Positions 9,602-20,107 of a DNA stretch of 64,000 nt are shown one piece after another (position 1 is the stretch's first letter; the number at the start of each line of letters is the position of its first letter). The stretch is taken from NCBI GenBank assembly GCA_903939845.1, contig CAJAIJ010000050.1, positions 76,456 to 140,455 on the forward strand, written 5' to 3'. This DNA is from an uncultured Solirubrobacterales bacterium (GTDB lineage: Bacteria; Actinomycetota; Thermoleophilia; Solirubrobacterales; 70-9). The notes beneath the pieces are model-generated. The model ran no database searches and was not told where the DNA came from. It saw only the letters and a list, made by a program, of their open reading frames with translations. The position numbers and the translations under genes were made by a program.

Positions 9602-10597
9602 TCAGACCGGCGTCCGGTCGCTCCGACTCTCGACCGGATGCGCCGGCCCCACTCCGGCTTCGAGCTCGATCCTCCTGACCCGCTCGAAAACACGTTGGGT
9701 CATCACACGCTGGCCGGCGAGCAGGTCGCCGATCACACCGAGCGCGAACAGCTGGATCGAGGCGATGAAGAGGACTGCACCGAGCAGAAGCGATTGGATG
9801 TGGCCGTCGCGATCACCGTTGATTATCCAGTCGGAGAGGAACGGGGTCCACGCTCCGAGGGCCGCGATCAGTGCGATCAGGGCCAGGATCGAGAAGACCT
9901 TGAGCGGTTCGTAGCGAGTGTAGATACGGAGTATCGCGAGGCCGTTTCTGCTCACATAGCCGGAGGTCGAATCGAAAAGACGGGACTCCCGCGTCTTGGG
10001 GTTGGTCCTGACCGGTACCTCGTCCAGGGCCACTCTGGTCTTTCCGGCTTGGATCAGGCTCTCGAGCGTGTAGGTGAAATTGTCGACCACCATCAACTGG
10101 AGGGCGGCCTCGCGCCCGTAGGCCCGGAACCCCGAAGTCGCATCCGTGATTTCGGTCCCCGACAGGCGGCGCACCACCCAGCTGCCGATCTTCTGCAGGG
10201 CCTTCTTGGAAGGCGAGAAGTGTTCGATCGCAGCTATGTCCCGATCGCCGACGACCATCTCGGCCCGACCTTCCAGGATCGGCCGGACCAGAGTTTCTAC
10301 GTCGGCGCCCGAATACTGGTTGTCGGCATCGGTGTTGACGATGATGTCGGCACCGAGCTTCAGGCATGCATCGAGTCCTGCCTGGAACCCGGTCGCCAGG
10401 CCCCGGTTCGTGGTCAGGGTCAGGATGTGGTCGACGCCGCATTCCCTCGCGACTTCGACCGTCGCGTCGGTCGAGCCATCGTCGATCACGAGGGTCTCGA
10501 TCGAGTCCACTCCCTCGATCGCTCGCGGGAGGTCGGCAAGGGTCGCCGGCAGGGTCGCCTCTTCGTTCAGGCAGGGGATCTGGATGATTACCTTCAT
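9602..10597 (-). CDS. family 2 glycosyltransferase, GtrB / polyprenol-phosphate sugar synthase-like
   Basis: IPCLNEE...VIDDGSTD...NTDADNQY GT-A core, plus two C-terminal TM helices (VFSILALIALIAALGAW, LLLGAVLFIASIQLFALGVIG). Confidence 0.8.
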   Translation of the reverse strand: MKVIIQIPCLNEEATLPATLADLPRAIEGVDSIETLVIDDGSTDATVEVARECGVDHILTLTTNRGLATGFQAGLDACLKLGADIIVNTDADNQYSGADVETLVRPILEGRAEMVVGDRDIAAIEHFSPSKKALQKIGSWVVRRLSGTEITDATSGFRAYGREAALQLMVVDNFTYTLESLIQAGKTRVALDEVPVRTNPKTRESRLFDSTSGYVSRNGLAILRIYTRYEPLKVFSILALIALIAALGAWTPFLSDWIINGDRDGHIQSLLLGAVLFIASIQLFALGVIGDLLAGQRVMTQRVFERVRRIELEAGVGPAHPVESRSDRTPV

Positions 10598-10616
10598 CTC
10601 TTGCCAAGATTGTCAC

Positions 10617-11762
10617 ATGGCATCCCCGTCAGATCCCGCTCGGGCCACCCTTTGGGACGGAGCTTGGAACAGGGCCTTCGAGCTCGCTCGCATGGGACTG
10701 GGCCGGGTCAGCCCCAACCCGCCGGTCGGAGCCGTGATCCTTCGGGACGACCGGGTCATCGGGGAGGGGTGGCACAGGGCCTACGGAGGGGCCCATGCCG
10801 AGCGGGAGGCGATCGCCGATGCCGAAGGCCGTGGAGAGAGCGTCGCGGGGGCGACGATGTTGGTCACGCTCGAACCGTGTGGACACGAAGGACGGCAGCC
10901 TCCCTGCGCCGACCTCCTTGTCGAGAAGGGTCTGTCGGAGGTCGTATACGGGTGCGAAGACCCCAGCGACAAGACGGCAGGGGTCGGACCCGAGCTGTTG
11001 CGCAGGTCGGGAATCGAGGTATCGATGGCAGGAGGAGAGATCGCGGCCCGGGCCAGGTTTGTCACCCGAGGATTCAGGAAGCACTGCGGAACCGGAAAGC
11101 CCCTGGTGGTCCTGAAGATGGCCGTCTCGCTGGACGGACGCGTAGCCGGCCCGTCGGGGACTCCGATCCGGCTGACCTGTCCCGAGAGTGATGCCCTGAT
11201 CCACCGATGGAGATCCGAGTTCGATGCGATCGCAGTCGGGTCCGGGACCTTTGCCTCCGACGATCCGAGGCTCACCGCCCGTGGAATCACAGATCCCGTT
11301 CAGCCAGCCAGAGTCGTGTTCCTCGGGTCTTCCCGAGCCTCGGTCCCTCCCGATGGATCGGAAGCGGTATTCGGCGACCTCCCGGAGGCGCCGCTCTTCT
11401 TCGTTCTCGAGCGGGGAGCAGGAGTCGGGGAGGCCGTTCGCCTCGAAGACCTCGGTGCGACCGTGATCGAGGTCGGCCCTGGCAGTGCTGCGGAGCGTTT
11501 TGGTGAAGCCCTCGAGGGACTCGCCGCCAGCGGCCTTCGGACCGTGCTGCTGGAGGGCGGACCGGGGTTGGCGGCGACCGCCCTGCTTGCGGGCGAGGTC
11601 GACGAGGTAGAGCTCTTCCAGTCCCCGGTCGTTCTCGGTGCCGGACCCGGAGCCTTCGATCCCCTGGTCGAGCAGGCCGGTGAAAGATGCGACCTGGAAG
11701 GGATGGCGGTTTCAGTCTCGGGCCGCGACATCAGGCTCTCCCGAGTCCTGAGAGAGTGGTGA
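10617..11762 (+). CDS. ribD: bifunctional diaminohydroxyphosphoribosylaminopyrimidine deaminase / 5-amino-6-(5-phosphoribosylamino)uracil reductase
   Basis: From ATG 10617: RAFELARMGLGRVSPNPPVGAVIL, HAEREA, TLEPCGHEGRQPPC, LKMAVSLDGR. The track ORF start 10146 lies inside the opposite-strand GT2 gene. Confidence 0.92.
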   Translation: MASPSDPARATLWDGAWNRAFELARMGLGRVSPNPPVGAVILRDDRVIGEGWHRAYGGAHAEREAIADAEGRGESVAGATMLVTLEPCGHEGRQPPCADLLVEKGLSEVVYGCEDPSDKTAGVGPELLRRSGIEVSMAGGEIAARARFVTRGFRKHCGTGKPLVVLKMAVSLDGRVAGPSGTPIRLTCPESDALIHRWRSEFDAIAVGSGTFASDDPRLTARGITDPVQPARVVFLGSSRASVPPDGSEAVFGDLPEAPLFFVLERGAGVGEAVRLEDLGATVIEVGPGSAAERFGEALEGLAASGLRTVLLEGGPGLAATALLAGEVDEVELFQSPVVLGAGPGAFDPLVEQAGERCDLEGMAVSVSGRDIRLSRVLREW

Positions 11763-11765
11763 GCG

Positions 11766-12392
11766 ATGTTTACTGGACTGATCGCCGACGTTGGCCGGGT
11801 CACCGAGGTAAGTCCCTCGGCTGACGGCTATCGATTCACGATCGAGACCGGACTCGCCGATCGGATCTCGACCGGTGACTCCGTCGCGGTGAACGGTGCC
11901 TGTCTGACTGCAACCGAAGTCGAAGGGAGTCGGTTTTCGGTCGACGCCATGAACCAGACGATTTCCCTGACCTCGCTGTCAGAGCTAAAAGATGGCGCCC
12001 CGGTAAATCTCGAACTCGCCCTCGAGGCCGGAGAACGTCTCGGCGGCCACCTCGTCCAGGGGCATGTCGACGGAGTGGGGGAGGTACTTTCGGCGACCGA
12101 TGACGGCTTTTCGGTACGCCTTCGCTTCTCTTTGCCGAGCGGGTTCGGTCGCTACGTCATCCCCCAGGGTTCGATCACGGTCGAGGGCGTCAGTCTCACC
12201 GTCACCGAGTGCACGGGGGAATGGGCCGAGGTCGCACTGATCCCGGAAACGCGGGAGAGAACCACTCTCGGGCGACTCGGACCGGGCAGGCGACTGAATC
12301 TCGAGTGTGACGTGATCGCCAGATACGTCGAGCGAATGGTGTCACCATATGTAGGAGAAATTCAGGATCACGACCGAAACGACGAGAGCTGA
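11766..12392 (+). CDS. ribE: riboflavin synthase (alpha chain)
   Basis: [12 protein letters not shown]...[10 protein letters not shown]...[10 protein letters not shown] internal duplication typical of riboflavin synthase. Confidence 0.93.
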   Translation: MFTGLIADVGRVTEVSPSADGYRFTIETGLADRISTGDSVAVNGACLTATEVEGSRFSVDAMNQTISLTSLSELKDGAPVNLELALEAGERLGGHLVQGHVDGVGEVLSATDDGFSVRLRFSLPSGFGRYVIPQGSITVEGVSLTVTECTGEWAEVALIPETRERTTLGRLGPGRRLNLECDVIARYVERMVSPYVGEIQDHDRNDES

Positions 12393-12411
12393 AGCAGGGA
12401 ACCACAGAGAA

Positions 12412-13764
12412 ATGAGCACCAGCCAGACATCGGAATCGTCCCCCGAACCCGAGGGCTCCGGTAGCGGAACCACGGATCGGTCATTCGCCGGGATCGAGGC
12501 CGCTCTCGAAGACATCCGGCGTGGACGAATGGTCATAGTCGTCGACGACGAGGATCGCGAGAACGAAGGCGACCTCGTCATGGCCGCCCAGTTCGTCACC
12601 CCGGAGGCGATCAACTTCATGGCCAAGGAGGGCAGGGGTCTGATCTGTCTGGCCCTGACGCCGGCCCGATGCGACCAGCTCGGCCTCAGTCTGATGACAG
12701 CAAAGAACGAGGCTCCGCTCCAGACCGCCTTCACGGTTTCGATCGAGGCGGCCGAGGGTGTCACCACGGGGATCTCCGCCCATGACCGGGCCCACACCAT
12801 TCAGGTAGCGATCGATCCGGACTCGGGTCCGCGCGACATCGTCGTTCCGGGTCACGTCTTTCCGCTCAAGGCGAAGGAGGGCGGAGTCCTGGAGCGGACC
12901 GGTCACACCGAGGCGAGCGTCGACCTCGCGCGCCTGGCCGGGCTGAGTCCCGCGGGCGTCATCTGCGAGGTCATGAACGAGGACGGGACTATGGCCCGGG
13001 TCGATGATCTCGAGGCCTACGCGGAACGACACGACTTGAAGATGATCACCATCGCCGACCTGATCTCCTACCGTCGACAGCACGAAAAGCTGGTGGAGCG
13101 AGTGGTGGAGACCGCACTTCCGACGACCTTCGGTGACTTTCGCGCCTTCGGCTATCGCTCTCTGGTCGATGACAAGCACCACGTGGCAATGGTCAAGGGC
13201 GACGTCGGAGACGGCGAGCCGGTCCTGGTCAGAGTCCATAGCGAGTGTCTCACTGGCGATGTCTTCCACAGCATGAGGTGCGATTGCGGCGATCAGCTCG
13301 CGGCCGCCATGGGGATGATCGAGGAGGAGGGCAGGGGCGTGCTGCTCTACCTCTCGCAGGAGGGAAGGGGGATCGGCCTGCTGAACAAGTTGAAGGCCTA
13401 CCGACTTCAGGAAGAGGGCCTCGACACTGTCGATGCCAACCTCGAGCTCGGACTCCCCGCCGATCTGCGCGACTACGGCATCGGCGCCCAGATACTGCGA
13501 GACCTCGGGCTTCGGGAGATAAGGATCCTGACCAACAACCCGAAGAAGATCATCGGACTCGAGGGCCACGGCCTCGCGGTCACCGAGCAGATCAAGATCG
13601 AGGCTCCGCCGAACAGGCACAACGAGGCCTATCTCCAGACCAAGCGAGACCGGATGGGCCACATCCTCCACCACCAGGGCCTGCCGTTCGACGAGGAGAT
13701 GATCGTCGGTCAGCAGCGACGCGAGGCCGGCGAAGAAGAGCGGGACGGCCTGGATGAGTCCTGA
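12412..13764 (+). CDS. ribBA: bifunctional 3,4-dihydroxy-2-butanone-4-phosphate synthase / GTP cyclohydrolase II
   Basis: 450 aa. [12 protein letters not shown] (DHBP synthase) and [18 protein letters not shown] (GCH II zinc site). Confidence 0.95.
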   Translation: MSTSQTSESSPEPEGSGSGTTDRSFAGIEAALEDIRRGRMVIVVDDEDRENEGDLVMAAQFVTPEAINFMAKEGRGLICLALTPARCDQLGLSLMTAKNEAPLQTAFTVSIEAAEGVTTGISAHDRAHTIQVAIDPDSGPRDIVVPGHVFPLKAKEGGVLERTGHTEASVDLARLAGLSPAGVICEVMNEDGTMARVDDLEAYAERHDLKMITIADLISYRRQHEKLVERVVETALPTTFGDFRAFGYRSLVDDKHHVAMVKGDVGDGEPVLVRVHSECLTGDVFHSMRCDCGDQLAAAMGMIEEEGRGVLLYLSQEGRGIGLLNKLKAYRLQEEGLDTVDANLELGLPADLRDYGIGAQILRDLGLREIRILTNNPKKIIGLEGHGLAVTEQIKIEAPPNRHNEAYLQTKRDRMGHILHHQGLPFDEEMIVGQQRREAGEEERDGLDES

Positions 13765-14218
13765 GACGGTCGGGCCTCCGGGCGGATCCTGGGCGATCTG
13801 CGTGGGCAGCTTCTACGAAGATCTGGCCAATCGCCTCGTCGAGGGTGCCCGTTCGGAGTTCGAGCAGGCCGGTATCGACCCGGCCGGAATCGAGGTCTTC
13901 GAAGTTCCCGGTGCCTTCGAGCTTCCACTCGCGGCTGCGTATTGCGCCGGCTCGGGCAGATTCACCGGCGTGGCCTGCCTCGGGGCCGTGATCCGAGGCG
14001 AGACCGATCACTACGACTTCGTCTGTCGGGAGGCCGCAAGGGGAATCCAGAACGTTCAGCTCGACACAGGTGTTCCGTGTGGATTCGGCGTTCTCACGGT
14101 CGAGAACATGGATCAGGCGCTGGAGCGAACCGGTGGTGGCGTGAGAGACCAGGGTGCGGCCGCGGCCCGGGCGGTACTCGCAATGGCCCGGATGAGGACC
14201 GATCTCGGGCAGCTCTAG
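13754..14218 (+). CDS. ribH: 6,7-dimethyl-8-ribityllumazine synthase
   Basis: 154 aa. [11 protein letters not shown]...[14 protein letters not shown]. Overlaps the ribBA stop by 11 nt. Confidence 0.93.
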   Translation: MSPETVGPPGGSWAICVGSFYEDLANRLVEGARSEFEQAGIDPAGIEVFEVPGAFELPLAAAYCAGSGRFTGVACLGAVIRGETDHYDFVCREAARGIQNVQLDTGVPCGFGVLTVENMDQALERTGGGVRDQGAAAARAVLAMARMRTDLGQL

Positions 14219-14275
14219 ACCGGAGCCCGGCCTTGCCTTGCGTCGAGGCCGGTTTCAGGTAGCATCACCGACTCG

Positions 14276-14467
14276 ATGGCACGCGTATGTCACATCTGCG
14301 GGAAAGGTCCCTCGTTCGGCAACTCCAGGAGCCACTCGATGGTTGCCACGAGGAGGCGTTTCGACGCCAACCTCCAGCGAGTCCGGATCGTAGAGGGCGG
14401 TGCTCGCAAGAGGGTCAACGTCTGCACCCGGTGCCTGAAGGCGAACAAGGTCGCCAAGGCCGGCTGA
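14276..14467 (+). CDS. rpmB: 50S ribosomal protein L28
   Basis: [29 protein letters not shown]... Confidence 0.95.
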   Translation: MARVCHICGKGPSFGNSRSHSMVATRRRFDANLQRVRIVEGGARKRVNVCTRCLKANKVAKAG

Positions 14468-14527
14468 TCTTCTCCTTCCGACCCGGCATCTCCGCCACTA
14501 CTCTCGTTCTGCCGCCTTCCCCGGTCA

Positions 14528-14533
14528 TATAGT
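14528..14533 (+). promoter_or_regulatory. -10-like TATAGT box 7 nt upstream of the yloV ATG (leaderless candidate)
   Basis: TANNNT hexamer, 7-nt spacer. Confidence 0.45.
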
Positions 14534-14540
14534 CACGGCG

Positions 14541-16175
14541 ATGGGGGATGCCAGTATCGAACGCTTCAGGCGTGTGGTCGCCTCTGCCTACAGCTCGCTG
14601 GAGGCCCGCCGCCAGGAGGTCAATGATCTGAATGTCTTTCCGGTCGCCGATGGCGATACCGGGGACAACATGGCGATGACCATGAGGGCTCTGATGGAGG
14701 AGCTCGACAGGTTCGACGATGGCCGACCGCTGGACGAGATCGGAAGGACCGACCTCGTCTCGGCACTTGCCCGTGCCGCCCTGCTCGGCGCTCGTGGCAA
14801 CTCGGGCGTGATCCTGAGTCAGATCGTTCGGGGCGCCGCCGAGGAGCTTGCTTCACGCCCGGGAGAGCTGGTCGACCCCGTGCTCGTGGCCTCGGCCTTC
14901 GCCAACGCCGCCGATGCCGCATACGCCTCGGTTCGGGAGCCGGCGGAGGGGACGATGCTGACGGTCTTCAGGGAGATCGCCCACTCGGTTTCGCGTCAGC
15001 TCGCCCATCTCGAACCTTCCCGTCAGCGACTCGGTCCGGATGCCACCCCCGAGGAGCAGGACGAGATCCTGGCGGAGGTCCTAGAGCGGGCGATCGCCGA
15101 TGGCGAGAAGGCGGTCGAGCGGACACCCGAACAGCTCCAGGTCCTGGCCGACTCGGGCGTGGTCGATGCCGGTGGGTACGGGCTCGTCCTGATCCTTGCC
15201 GGGGTGCTGGCCGCCCTCAGGGGCGAAGAGCCCGACCTGCCCGAGATCGCGCACGTGGGGGTCGTCCCGACCGGCAGATCCCACCATGTGGACAGCCGCT
15301 TCCAGTACTGCACGAACTTCATCGTCTCGGGAAGCCAGCTCGATTCCCGCGGGTTCATCCCATTGCTCGAGGAGATCGGTGATTCCGTCCTCGTCGTCGG
15401 TGATGAGTCGACCCTGAAGGTCCATGTCCACACCGATGATCCCGAGGCTGCGATGGCTCTCTTCGGCGACGCCGGTCTCGTCGACAACGTCGACGTTGCC
15501 GACATGAAGCAGCAGATCAGGGAGCGGAACGCACGCCTGTCGACCGGTCGCACCGGCGTCGTCGCAGTCGCGGCCGGTAAGGGTATGGAGGACCTGATGT
15601 CGGATCTCGGGGCGTTCGTGGTCACGGGAGGCGAGACGATGAATCCTTCGACCATGGATCTGCTGGCAGGGATCAGGGAGGTCAGCGGTGATGAGGTGGT
15701 CGTCCTGCCCAACTCTTCGAACGTTTTGATGGCGGCCGAGGAGGCCTGCAAGCTCTCCGACCGGGAGGCCGTCGTCGTGCCGACCGGCTCCCAGCAGGAG
15801 GGTCTGCTCGCGTTGGTCGAGTTCGACCCCGATGGATCGGTCGAGTCCAATGCCGCCCGCTTCCGGGAAGTCCTGTCATCGCTGAAGACCGGGGGCGTCG
15901 CCCGTGCCGCCAGGGACGATGCCGGCGGACGATTCGAAGAGGGCGATGCCGTCGGCTTCATCGGCGACGAGATAGTCGCCTGGGGCGGTGCCGGCTCCAC
16001 TCTCTCGGCAACGATCGGTGGACTCGCCGAAGGCGCCGAGATAGTGACCGTGATCTCCGGGGAGGGGGCCCCGATTCCCCTCGAGGAGGTCGAGCGTCAT
16101 GCCCCGGACGGGATCGAGCTCGAGTTGCACGAAGGAGGGCAGCCGAGCTGGTGGTGGCTGCTGGCCGCCCAATAG
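14541..16175 (+). CDS. yloV: DAK2 domain fusion protein YloV
   Basis: 544 aa. PVADGDTGDNM Dak2 motif, with the conserved rpmB-yloV-recG context. Confidence 0.85.
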   Translation: MGDASIERFRRVVASAYSSLEARRQEVNDLNVFPVADGDTGDNMAMTMRALMEELDRFDDGRPLDEIGRTDLVSALARAALLGARGNSGVILSQIVRGAAEELASRPGELVDPVLVASAFANAADAAYASVREPAEGTMLTVFREIAHSVSRQLAHLEPSRQRLGPDATPEEQDEILAEVLERAIADGEKAVERTPEQLQVLADSGVVDAGGYGLVLILAGVLAALRGEEPDLPEIAHVGVVPTGRSHHVDSRFQYCTNFIVSGSQLDSRGFIPLLEEIGDSVLVVGDESTLKVHVHTDDPEAAMALFGDAGLVDNVDVADMKQQIRERNARLSTGRTGVVAVAAGKGMEDLMSDLGAFVVTGGETMNPSTMDLLAGIREVSGDEVVVLPNSSNVLMAAEEACKLSDREAVVVPTGSQQEGLLALVEFDPDGSVESNAARFREVLSSLKTGGVARAARDDAGGRFEEGDAVGFIGDEIVAWGGAGSTLSATIGGLAEGAEIVTVISGEGAPIPLEEVERHAPDGIELELHEGGQPSWWWLLAAQ

Positions 16176-16234
16176 GGAGGGTTCCTGAATCGCCGGCCCG
16201 GTTCGGAGGGACCGGGGGTCTGGACCGGACGGAG

Positions 16235-18328
16235 ATGATCGGTGCTCCGGTCCGTTGGCCCGACCCGGGCTCGCTGGACGCCCCGATCTCATCGCTTGCC
16301 GGAATCGGTCCCCGTTCCGAGGAGCTGGCGGCCGAGGCCGGAGTCCGGAACGTGCGCGATCTGTTGTGGCGGGTTCCCCGCACCTATTCGGAGGCCCCTC
16401 CCCGGATGTCGGTTTCTGATCTCGGGTCCGGTGATCGGGCGGCCCTCCAGGTCGAGGTTCTGTCGAGCCGAAACGTTCGAACCGGGCGAGGGTCGGTACG
16501 AATCGTCGAAGCCAGGGTCGGAGACGAGTCCGGGGCGGTCAGGGCGACATGGTTCAACCGTCCCTGGGTCGCCTCGGAGCTGACGCCGGGCGCGACGTTC
16601 GAGATCGAGGGACGGATGGGCGACCGGGGCTTCGTCGTCGAACGACACGAACGGATCACGGAAGAGTCCGAGAGATCCGAAGCGCCGAGACCCGTTCACG
16701 GAACCGGTGCCGGACTCGGCCCGTCTCGTTGGGCGGGCTGGGCGGCGAAGGCGGTCGGGGTGGCCGACAGGGCCGTGGAGCCCTTGCCGGCTGAAGTCCT
16801 TTCCCATTACGGATATCCCGGGGTCGGCTCGGCTCTGGCCGAGGTCCACCGCCCTGCGTCACCCGAGCGCTCGGCTCTGGCGATGGAGAGGCTCGCATAC
16901 GAGGAACTCTTCCTTCACCAGGTGCTGATAGCCGGCCGGAGCGCGAGGGACAGGGCCGGGTCATCGGACGCGATCGTGATTTCCCCAGGTGACCGCCTTC
17001 ACGCCGAGTGGCTCGGGTCCCTGCCCTTCGAGCCGACCGATGATCAGTCCCGAGTCATCGCCGAGATCGGCCAGGACCTCGGCTCTGGCACCCCGATGAG
17101 ACGGCTCCTGATGGGTGAGGTCGGCTCGGGCAAGACCGTGGTGGCGCTGTCAGCGATGATCCGGGCCACTGGCGCCGGGCACCAGGCTGCCCTGATGGCT
17201 CCGACAGAAGTCCTGGCCGAACAGCATTTTCGCTCGTTTGCCGGCTTGATCGGCAATGAAGGTGGAGCGAGCGGGATTCGATGTCACCTGTTGACCGGAT
17301 CGACCTCCAGGAAGGAGCGCGAGGCGATCGCCACGAGTCTCGCTGCGGGCGAGTCCTCGATTACGGTCGGAACCCATGCGTTGATCCAGGACGGCGTTCC
17401 ATTCTCCTCGTTAGCGGTGGCCGTGATCGACGAGGAACACCGGTTCGGGGTCGCCCAGAGAATGGCTCTCGACGAGATGGCGGGGGAGGGGAAGACGGTT
17501 CATCGCCTCCACCTCAGCGCAACCCCGATCCCGCGGACCCTGGCCCTGACGGTCTGGGGCGACCTCGACCTCTCAGAGATCCGTGGGCTTCCCTCGGGTC
17601 GCCTCCCGATCGAGACCGAGGTGGTCACGGAGGCGGGACGGCCCCGTGCCTTCGAGCACCTGAAGACGGAGGTGGCGGCCGGCCGTCAGGGATTCGTGAT
17701 CTGCCCCCTTGTGGAGGAGTCCGAGGCGGTTCGGGCGCGGGCCGCCGAGACGGAGTTCGACCGCCTGGCAGAGGGGGAGCTGGCAGGCTGCCGGATCGGG
17801 CTCCTCCACGGTCGTCTCGACCCGGCCGCCAAGGAGGCCGCCATGACTGCGTTCGCCGCCGGCGAGGTCGATGTCCTGGTCGCCACGACGGTGGTCGAGG
17901 TAGGCATCGACGTTCCGAACGCGACCGTGATGATCATCGAGGGTGCCGAGTCCTTCGGGCTGGCCCAGCTCCATCAGCTGCGAGGTCGGATCGGACGGGG
18001 CGATGCCGCCGGCAGATGCTTCCTCGTGACCGGAAGGGCCGGCGCCGCTTCGGCCCGGCGTCTCGAGGCGGTTGCCGAGGAGAGTGACGGGTTCCGCCTT
18101 GCAGAGCTCGACCTCGAACTCAGGGGTGAGGGGGAGCTGGCCGGAAGGCGCCAGCACGGACTCCCGAGGTTCCGGGTGGCCCGTCTCCCGGAAGACGCCG
18201 AACTGCTCACCCGGGCCCGGGAGGATCTCCGACGCATCGATTCGAGAGAAGGCGGTCTCTCAGGAGCCATCCTGGCGCCGGCGGTCGAAGCTGCGATGGC
18301 TCGATTCGGGCCGGCAGGGGTCATCTGA
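16235..18328 (+). CDS. recG: ATP-dependent DNA helicase RecG
   Basis: GEVGSGKT, IDEEHRFG, and C-terminal helicase motifs (QLHQLRGRIGRG). ATG 16235 follows GGACGGAG. The track start 16151 overlaps yloV. Confidence 0.93.
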   Translation: MIGAPVRWPDPGSLDAPISSLAGIGPRSEELAAEAGVRNVRDLLWRVPRTYSEAPPRMSVSDLGSGDRAALQVEVLSSRNVRTGRGSVRIVEARVGDESGAVRATWFNRPWVASELTPGATFEIEGRMGDRGFVVERHERITEESERSEAPRPVHGTGAGLGPSRWAGWAAKAVGVADRAVEPLPAEVLSHYGYPGVGSALAEVHRPASPERSALAMERLAYEELFLHQVLIAGRSARDRAGSSDAIVISPGDRLHAEWLGSLPFEPTDDQSRVIAEIGQDLGSGTPMRRLLMGEVGSGKTVVALSAMIRATGAGHQAALMAPTEVLAEQHFRSFAGLIGNEGGASGIRCHLLTGSTSRKEREAIATSLAAGESSITVGTHALIQDGVPFSSLAVAVIDEEHRFGVAQRMALDEMAGEGKTVHRLHLSATPIPRTLALTVWGDLDLSEIRGLPSGRLPIETEVVTEAGRPRAFEHLKTEVAAGRQGFVICPLVEESEAVRARAAETEFDRLAEGELAGCRIGLLHGRLDPAAKEAAMTAFAAGEVDVLVATTVVEVGIDVPNATVMIIEGAESFGLAQLHQLRGRIGRGDAAGRCFLVTGRAGAASARRLEAVAEESDGFRLAELDLELRGEGELAGRRQHGLPRFRVARLPEDAELLTRAREDLRRIDSREGGLSGAILAPAVEAAMARFGPAGVI

Positions 18329-18873
18329 TGAGAGTGGTCGGCGGAAATCTCGGTGGCCGCCCTCTCCTCGCACCCAGAGGGTGGAAGGTCCGGCCGACCT
18401 CCGAGCGGGCGCGCGAGGCGATCTTCTCGGCGCTGGGGGACGTGGCTGGAATGAGGGTTGCCGACCTCTACTGCGGGACCGGAGCCATGGCCATAGAAGC
18501 GATCTCCCGCGGAGCGGCGTCGGCGGTGATGGTGGATCGCGAAACGAGGCCGGCCCTGGGCAACCTCCGCAGTCTCGGAATCGACGACCGGGTCGAGCTG
18601 ATCAGGTCGGACGTTCCGGAGTGGGTCGGTGGAGGCTCCTCCGGCGAGCGGTTCGACCTCGTCTTCATCGATCCACCGTGGCGCGACTGGGAGGCCCTGG
18701 ATCCACGTCTCGGGGTAGGTATGGCCGGCATCCTCAGAGCGGGCGGCCGTGTCGTCGCCGAGAGCGGGACCCGCTTCGTGCCCGCGTTCGACTCTCTGGA
18801 GAAGGTGCGGGAGCGCCGCTACGGTCGAACCCTGATTACATTCCACCAGCACCCCTCGTCCGATGAGTCCTGA
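18328..18873 (+). CDS. rsmD: 16S rRNA (guanine966-N2)-methyltransferase RsmD
   Basis: RPTSERAREAIFSALG...DLYCGTGAMAIEA...FIDPPW. The ATG overlaps the recG stop. Confidence 0.85.
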   Translation: MRVVGGNLGGRPLLAPRGWKVRPTSERAREAIFSALGDVAGMRVADLYCGTGAMAIEAISRGAASAVMVDRETRPALGNLRSLGIDDRVELIRSDVPEWVGGGSSGERFDLVFIDPPWRDWEALDPRLGVGMAGILRAGGRVVAESGTRFVPAFDSLEKVRERRYGRTLITFHQHPSSDES

Positions 18874-19372
18874 AAACGAACGCATAGCGATCTGCCCGGG
18901 CAGCTACGACCCGGTCACCAACGGCCACCTGGACATCATCACCAGGGCGGCTTCCCTGTTCGACCGGATCGTGGTCGGGGTCGTCAACCAGCCGATCCGC
19001 AAGAAGAAGACGCTCTTCACCGCAGACGAGCGCCGGGCATTCATCGAGGATGCGACTACCCATCTGGACAACGTCGAGGTAACGGTCTTCTCGAACCTGG
19101 TCGTGGATCTCGCCAGAGAGCGGGGGGCGATAGCGATCATCAAGGGCCTCAGGGCGATATCGGATTTCGAATACGAATTCGAGATGGCCCAGCTCAACAA
19201 CAAGATCGACAAAGAGATCGAGAGCGTCTACGTCTTCGCCCGGCCGAACTTCAGTTTCCTCTCCTCTACCGGGGTCAAGGAGATGGCTACTTTCAGCGCC
19301 GACATTTCAGATCTCGTCCCGGAGCCCGTCGCCGTCGCTCTGGCGGATAGACTGGCGCGCGACAGAGACTGA
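18863..19372 (+). CDS. coaD: phosphopantetheine adenylyltransferase
   Basis: IAICPGSYDPVTNGHLDII...ISDFEYEFEMA. Confidence 0.93.
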   Translation: MSPENERIAICPGSYDPVTNGHLDIITRAASLFDRIVVGVVNQPIRKKKTLFTADERRAFIEDATTHLDNVEVTVFSNLVVDLARERGAIAIIKGLRAISDFEYEFEMAQLNNKIDKEIESVYVFARPNFSFLSSTGVKEMATFSADISDLVPEPVAVALADRLARDRD

Positions 19373-19492
19373 GCCTGTGACGGCTCCTGGCTCCGTCGCC
19401 CCAGAGTGGTCGGGAGAATCCGTGCAGAATCGGTGCCTCCGTTCCCACGATTCAGGCAAATAGCGCGAAAGGTGCGTAGGGTTTAGCAAGCT

Positions 19493-19969
19493 ATGGACGT
19501 TCTCGTTCTAATCGACAAACTCGATGATCTGGTTCACAACGCCCGGCCGGTCCCGCTGACCGACCAGGTCAGGGTGGACCGCGAGGAGATCTACGACCTC
19601 CTCGATCAGATGCGTGCCACCATCCCGGAAGAGATCAAGCAGGCCCGCTGGATCGTCAAGGAGCGGCAGGAGATGCTCGAAGAAGCCAAGCGCGAGGCCG
19701 AGAGGGTCGTTCGCGAGGCCCGCGAGCAGCAGGCCAGGCTCGTTTCCGACGAGGAAGTCACCAAGCAGGCGGAGCGTGCAGCCGACGAGATCGTCGAAGA
19801 CGCCCGGGCCCGAGAGCGCGAAATCCGTCTCGGTGCCGAGGATTACGCAGACGAAATCCTGGGCACTCTCGAGGTGAACCTCCAGAAGTTCACCGCAGCC
19901 GTTCAGCGGGGGCGCGACCGCCTTGCCGGTCGCGACGAAGAGCCGCTGATCGAAGACGAAGAGGTCTGA
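19493..19969 (+). CDS. coiled-coil protein of unknown function, sited between coaD and yceD-rpmF
   Basis: 158 aa, E/R/A-rich heptad-like sequence (IKQARWIVKERQEMLEEAKREAERVVREAREQQ). Good GC3. I do not assign a function. Confidence 0.6.
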   Translation: MDVLVLIDKLDDLVHNARPVPLTDQVRVDREEIYDLLDQMRATIPEEIKQARWIVKERQEMLEEAKREAERVVREAREQQARLVSDEEVTKQAERAADEIVEDARAREREIRLGAEDYADEILGTLEVNLQKFTAAVQRGRDRLAGRDEEPLIEDEEV

Positions 19970-20107
19970 GCAGACGCCCGGTCCTCCGGGCAGCCTGAGG
20001 TGTCGGCCGGATGCAGGGCCGGCTTGAGTCGACCGCTACCATCGGACTGACCCGGGTCCGGACTGTTTCCGGTCCGGGACCCTCCTGACCAGCCGAAAGG
20101 AGTACCG

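Noticed and set aside
13752-13765. Identical 12-nt start/stop overlap GATGAGTCCTGA at ribBA/ribH (13752) and rsmD/coaD (18861). Both give ...DES* / MSPE...
   Set aside because: For a 64-kb window, on the order of 100 chance 12-mer recurrences are expected under uniform composition. I see no extended similarity beyond 14 nt, so this is noted as a curiosity only.
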